64,000 nucleotides of DNA from Rhina ancylostomus (taxonomy: Eukaryota). Both the position numbers and the translations under genes were made by a program. Shown piece by piece: positions 59,196 through 64,000 of this stretch (its first letter is position 1; the number at the start of each line of letters is the position of its first letter). Under the pieces are notes generated by a model that was given only the letters and a program-made list of their open reading frames with translations, had not been told where the DNA came from and did no database searches. The stretch is from positions 9,949,144-10,013,143 of the forward strand of contig JARFYF010000071.1 of assembly GCA_030265395.1 (NCBI GenBank), given 5' to 3'.

Positions 59196-59744
59196 ACATT
59201 AAGACAACGGATGGTTACGCCGCAGTTTCACCAACCAGGTGGAATGGGCGTTTCCAACGATATGAGAAGCAGTTAATTAGATGTTGTCGATAACAGGTCA
59301 GCCACTGAGCGCAACCAGTGATTGTGAACCTGCAAGCCGTGAGCAGGCTGCCGACTTGTTTGAGTTATCATATGGAGTGGAATGAGAAAATCGTCCCCGT
59401 GGCAAAGTACGAGCCAGCATCAGATTGACTGGAATCAATTAAAACGATCGGATTTTAAAATGATCAACTTTTCGAGAGTGAACAGTTGGCTGCAACAGAT
59501 AAAACTGTAGAAATCCAAGATGGATGAATGGCAGCCATTTGGCAAGGATGTAAAGCAAACGCAAGAAGTTGAAACATGCCCACTTGCATTGGAGATCAGA
59601 TAAAAGAGCATAGATTTCGAATAATATTTTGGATTAAATAACTCTAATATTAGGTTTCCCTTCCATATAATATGTCATTAAATCGTAAGTTTCGTGATTT
59701 TGGCTACATCGTGTAAAGGGACGATCGTGGAACTAAACAGAATG

Positions 59745-61530
59745 TAAATCTTTTTCTTTCAATATGTTTATTAATTCCAAATAGAAAAATACAAAGTACA
59801 CGAAACAAAGAGGAAAAACAAAATGTTACAAAATAGATCGTACTGAATCACATTTGAAATAACAATGCTTCATATTAATAAACAAAACATGATAACTAAT
59901 TAGTTTTAATAAATTGGAATAATTTTATTATAGGAAAAATCAAAGCACACTACTAAAGTTGAAGCTGTTTCGCAAAAATGACAAAAAAAACAAAGAATCA
60001 GTGGTTTGGAAAGTAGTTCAAAAAGGTTTCCCATAATATTTGAAAGTTCAGAATCGAGCCAGAAATAGAGCAACGGATCTTCTCTACATTTAGATATGAC
60101 GCAACATCCTGTAACCATTGAGCATGAGTGGGGGGAGTAATTTCCTTCCACTTACGCAATACAGCACTCTTGGCTACGTGAAATGAAGGCCAATATGTGT
60201 AAGTCGGAATTCTCCAGAATTGTATCATTTTTTCTCCAACTATCCTGAATAATGCAGTTAAAAGATTTGGCTTAAATGTATTTCAAAAAGCACGGAAAAG
60301 GTTTGAAATAACACTATCCAGTATTTTCCATAGTCGGACATGCCCAAAACATATGAATTAAAGAAGCCTCTTCTTTATTGTATTTATCACAACAAAGAGA
60401 TATTGTCATGGTTCCGAGTACTGGACCTCGATTTGGCTCCTTTGATGATATCTTGTTGTACAGAACATGGATTCCATGCTGGACTGATTGCATAATGACA
60501 AAAAACTGAGCCCCATCATGGGCATAGCTTAAGTACCTAGAGTCCTCCAGCACTAGTTGCCAGAGTATTAGTCAACCTTTTGGTATACTTTGGCTCCTGG
60601 CTGCTTAGAGTGGTCAACTCTAGAGCAGTCCTGCTTTCACTGTTTCTCTTTTGATATCCAATTCGTGTTCGGACTTCACCTCAGATCCCCGAGGAAAGAT
60701 TCCGTCCAATTTCTGCCTGTGTTCGGTCCTTAGGAAGCATCCTGACTCCAGTCTTGAACCAGTGTGCCGCATTTGGATTCTCTGTGAGCTTTCCCTTTGC
60801 TCAACATTGTGACAGATATCTCCGAATAGAAGAGCGATAACTTGTCTTTGAGTCACGGAGAAGAGCTCCGTGGACCATTTGAAATTGAAGGATTGAGTGA
60901 CGTGCACATAATGATGAAGTATTAACCAGTTTAAAAAAAAAATCTAAGTTTCCTCAGAAATTGAAATCTGCATATCATGTTCCCAAGCGTTTTAAATTTG
61001 GTCCAAAGGAAGCTTATTCGTTCCTGATAACCGACCATAAATTTGGATACTGAACCATGATAAAAAAAACTTTAAATTAAAAATTACATCTTGTAAGTTC
61101 TTATCAGGACTTGAGATATTCTTATGTACTTGAGATCGGAGAAAGTCTCTAATTTGCAAATTTCAAAAAAATTGAGTTTTTGGCAAATTATATTAAGTCG
61201 ACAATTGTTCAAACGTTGCCAAATGTGCTCCAACAAACAGATCCTGAAAACAAGCAATACACAAACTATCCCATTCTTTAAAAGTAATACACAAATAGGT
61301 GAAATGATTTCTTACAATTTTAAAAGGAAGGTTAATATCGAATGACATCAGATTGTTCAAAGGGAAAAGTTCGGTCTTGTGTAAATTCAGTTTATGTCCT
61401 GAACACTGGCGAAAACAGGAAATTAAAGAAAGCAGAGAAGGTACCGAAGTCTCAACATTAGAAATGATCAGCAATAAATCATCAGCATAGAGCGAAACTT
61501 TGTGGGTAACAAATATCTTTGTCATTAGTA
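59745..61530 (-). mobile_element. L1-clade LINE ORF2 3' fragment, interrupted by a solo LTR
   Basis: HKVSLYADDLLLIIS, CCDKYNKEEASLIHMFWACP and WKEITPPTHAQWLQDVASYLNVEKIR. Confidence 0.85.
60404..60814. mobile_element. Complete 411-bp solo LTR with a 5-bp target-site duplication
   Basis: TGTCA...TGACA termini with GATAT on both sides (60399-60403 and 60815-60819); the L1 sequence resumes across it. Confidence 0.85.
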
Positions 61531-62599
61531 AACAACCTCAAATGTATAATAACGTGTAAAAAAAGATCAAAAATCGAAGTACATAAATATTCAAAGTATT
61601 AGTAACGAGTTGGTGTAAATGTAAAGGGGTGGAATGCTATATGATGGAGAATTTTACAACAACTTTATAATTGGGTGAGAATGCTGATATTGCATATTCT
61701 GATAGTTCATTAATAGTTTGCGATATGTGCAATGAACATTTCTAAAACCATTGGTGTTGTAATGTTAGCTGTAAAACAGCCGGATTGAATTCAGTCTGTT
61801 CTCACGGTTTGTTGTGAAGCAGAAAAAAATCGCTACGTATCAGGAAAATATTTGTGTCACCTTTATGTACGAATGAGATTTTGCAACGGTCTGCATCTTT
61901 GTGCTGATATTGTGAATAGTTCCAAGGGCAATAAGCAGTGAAACAATGGTGCATTCGCAGGAACCCAGAAGTCCGTTTGGCTTGACAAGTGTGTCCCTCT
62001 TGGAACAGTTGAGTGGAATTCCATGTTGAACCGTTATCATAAGTTGAATTAACTGCTTTTGACGACTCTTGCATTTGCCATCTCCAAGAGTCTTCACCAG
62101 CAGTAGTTCTGTGGAAATTGTATTTACTTTCTTTGGATTAAATGTTTTCTCCTTGTACCTAATTGCATAACAAAAATAGTTCCGTAAACATATTGGCTGG
62201 ATCAGAATTATGTAGCAATCCGACGTTTTGTAACAACACGATAATTATTTCTCCCTCTCTGCAAAAAACAAGAAGAGTGGATGAAGCGAGGTCAAGTAAC
62301 CAAATGATGGGTTCATTAGATCCAACTGAGAGGAAGCCTGAGGACTGTGGACAGTTTGGAACCCAGAGCAGAGGGACCGAGGAATTATTTGCGAGGGTGT
62401 GGTGAAATAATTTTAGGGTGCATTAAAACGGCTGACTTCTCCATATATTCGAAGTTATAAACTCACTGAAGGCAGATATAAACGTCGATAATCAGAATTA
62501 TGGGGGGTTACGACAGATTTCATCGAAACCCAGTCCAATAAAAATAGTTTTGGACTGTTCTCACAGAGGAGAACACAAGTCACCTGCCAAAAGGAACAG

Positions 62600-62960
62600 A
62601 GAGGTTAGGGATAGGGAGATCGAGAAGGAAATTATGGACCTACTCATATCAGATATCCCCTCTACAGCCTCCAATATGATAGTCCTCCAACTCCGCACTC
62701 TTCTTTTCTGCATCTTCCCAAATATCCACAAACACCACTGTCCTGATAGGTCTTTTGATTCGGCTTGCTCTTGCACATTGAATTTATACCTTGCCTCCAT
62801 CTTGTCTCAATTTGTCCAGTCCCTTCCCACTTATATCAGGAATACGTCGGATGTCCTCCATCATTTAAAGAACTTCCGACTCCCGGAACCTTACAGCCTC
62901 ATCTGCACCATGAGCATCCATGGGTTAGTTTCTTTATCCGTTCCCTGGATGTGCACATCG
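62600..62960 (+). mobile_element. Penelope-like RT fragment
   Basis: IFPNIHKHHCPDR...SILSQFVQSLPTYIRNTSDVLHHLKNF...LICTM resembles PLE RT motifs LPKIHK..P.RP and LFTMD. Confidence 0.75.
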
Positions 62961-64000
62961 CTTGCAAAACGGACATTTATTTTCATCGCTAATCACCGTT
63001 GAGAAGCTAGTGGGAGCCTCCGTCTGATCCCATTGCACCCTGTCTGGTGAATGAATTATCACAGTGCAGCTGATTGAGAAGGATCGAGATTTTAGATCGG
63101 CGACAATGAGGGATGCATTTCCGGGTGGTGTACAGTTTGGACGAACCTGCAGGTGGTGATGATTCCAAAACGTTGCTCCCCTTGCCTTTCTCGATTGGAC
63201 AACTCTCGGATTTGCGATGTGTTATTGCATTAACCTGGTCGAGTAACGGACGCCCAGGTTATTAGTGTACATGCCACATTGTCTGTGCGCTAGTTGTGGA
63301 GGGAATGAATGTTTCCCGCAGTGGGCAGAGTGGCAATGAATGTAACTGCTTTGTCCTGGACGATGTCGAGCTCCTTGAATGTGGTTGAAGCTGAGCAGAT
63401 CCATAAGAATGAAGGTTACTCGATCATACTCGTCACCTGTGCAAAGGAGTAAATTTCATTTGGCGATCCACTCGCCACCGCATGCATAACGTTCGAACTG
63501 CTCTTACAGGCAAACGATCCATGTTGCTTAAATGATAGGTGGATGGTGAAACGCTGCATGTTAACGAGAGCGAACTCAACAATGGTAATGCCAGAAATAA
63601 CCGATGTGTTGTTACCAGGCATTTATTTTGCCTGCATTTAACAAACTAGATATTAAAGTGAATGAATACAAATGTGGCTTCCTGGAATACAGTATAATTT
63701 GTGTGAAGTTGCGACAGCAACTTGAACAGAATTATAAAGGAAGAGGAAAACCGAAGACTGGGAAAAAGGCTCTCTCAATATTGCAACAAGAAATGCAGCG
63801 GCACGTTGGCTTCGGCAGAGCAGATTGGGTGAAGCCGACGGAGGCGGCCTGCATTAATTTAAACATTTAAAGGAGGTTTGGGACAAGAATAACCAGCGGG
63901 AAAAGGGGAGGGTGGAGTGGAGAGCGGAATGGCCTAATGCTGTCTTTGGTAATCAACAAACAAAATCAAGATACATTTTGTTGTTTCCAGCAAATGAACT

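Overview
Eukaryotic draft-assembly DNA with four 100-N gaps. It is most likely from a cartilaginous fish, judging by the CR1, Rex1, L1/Tx1 and Penelope LINEs, HE1-like V-SINEs and GPR139-like genes. The left ~36 kb is a birth-and-death cluster of six two-exon class A GPCR genes of the GPR139/GPR142-like type. One is apparently intact (314 aa, minus strand, exons 35060-34991 and 32977-32103) and five are disrupted. They are interleaved with a Gypsy element, a Tc1 remnant, a Rex1 LINE and CR1 pieces. From ~39.1 to 49.0 kb lies a decaying cluster of about ten tRNA genes or pseudogenes (iMet x3, Asn-derived x3, Ser, Ala-derived, Gly, Asp). Two have switched anticodons, and near the cluster's left edge is a five-unit tandem array of CTCF-like motifs. 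The last 15 kb is mostly LINE debris, including a solo LTR with a target-site duplication nested in an L1. Family assignments are by eye from recalled motifs; no database search was run, and repeat boundaries are approximate.
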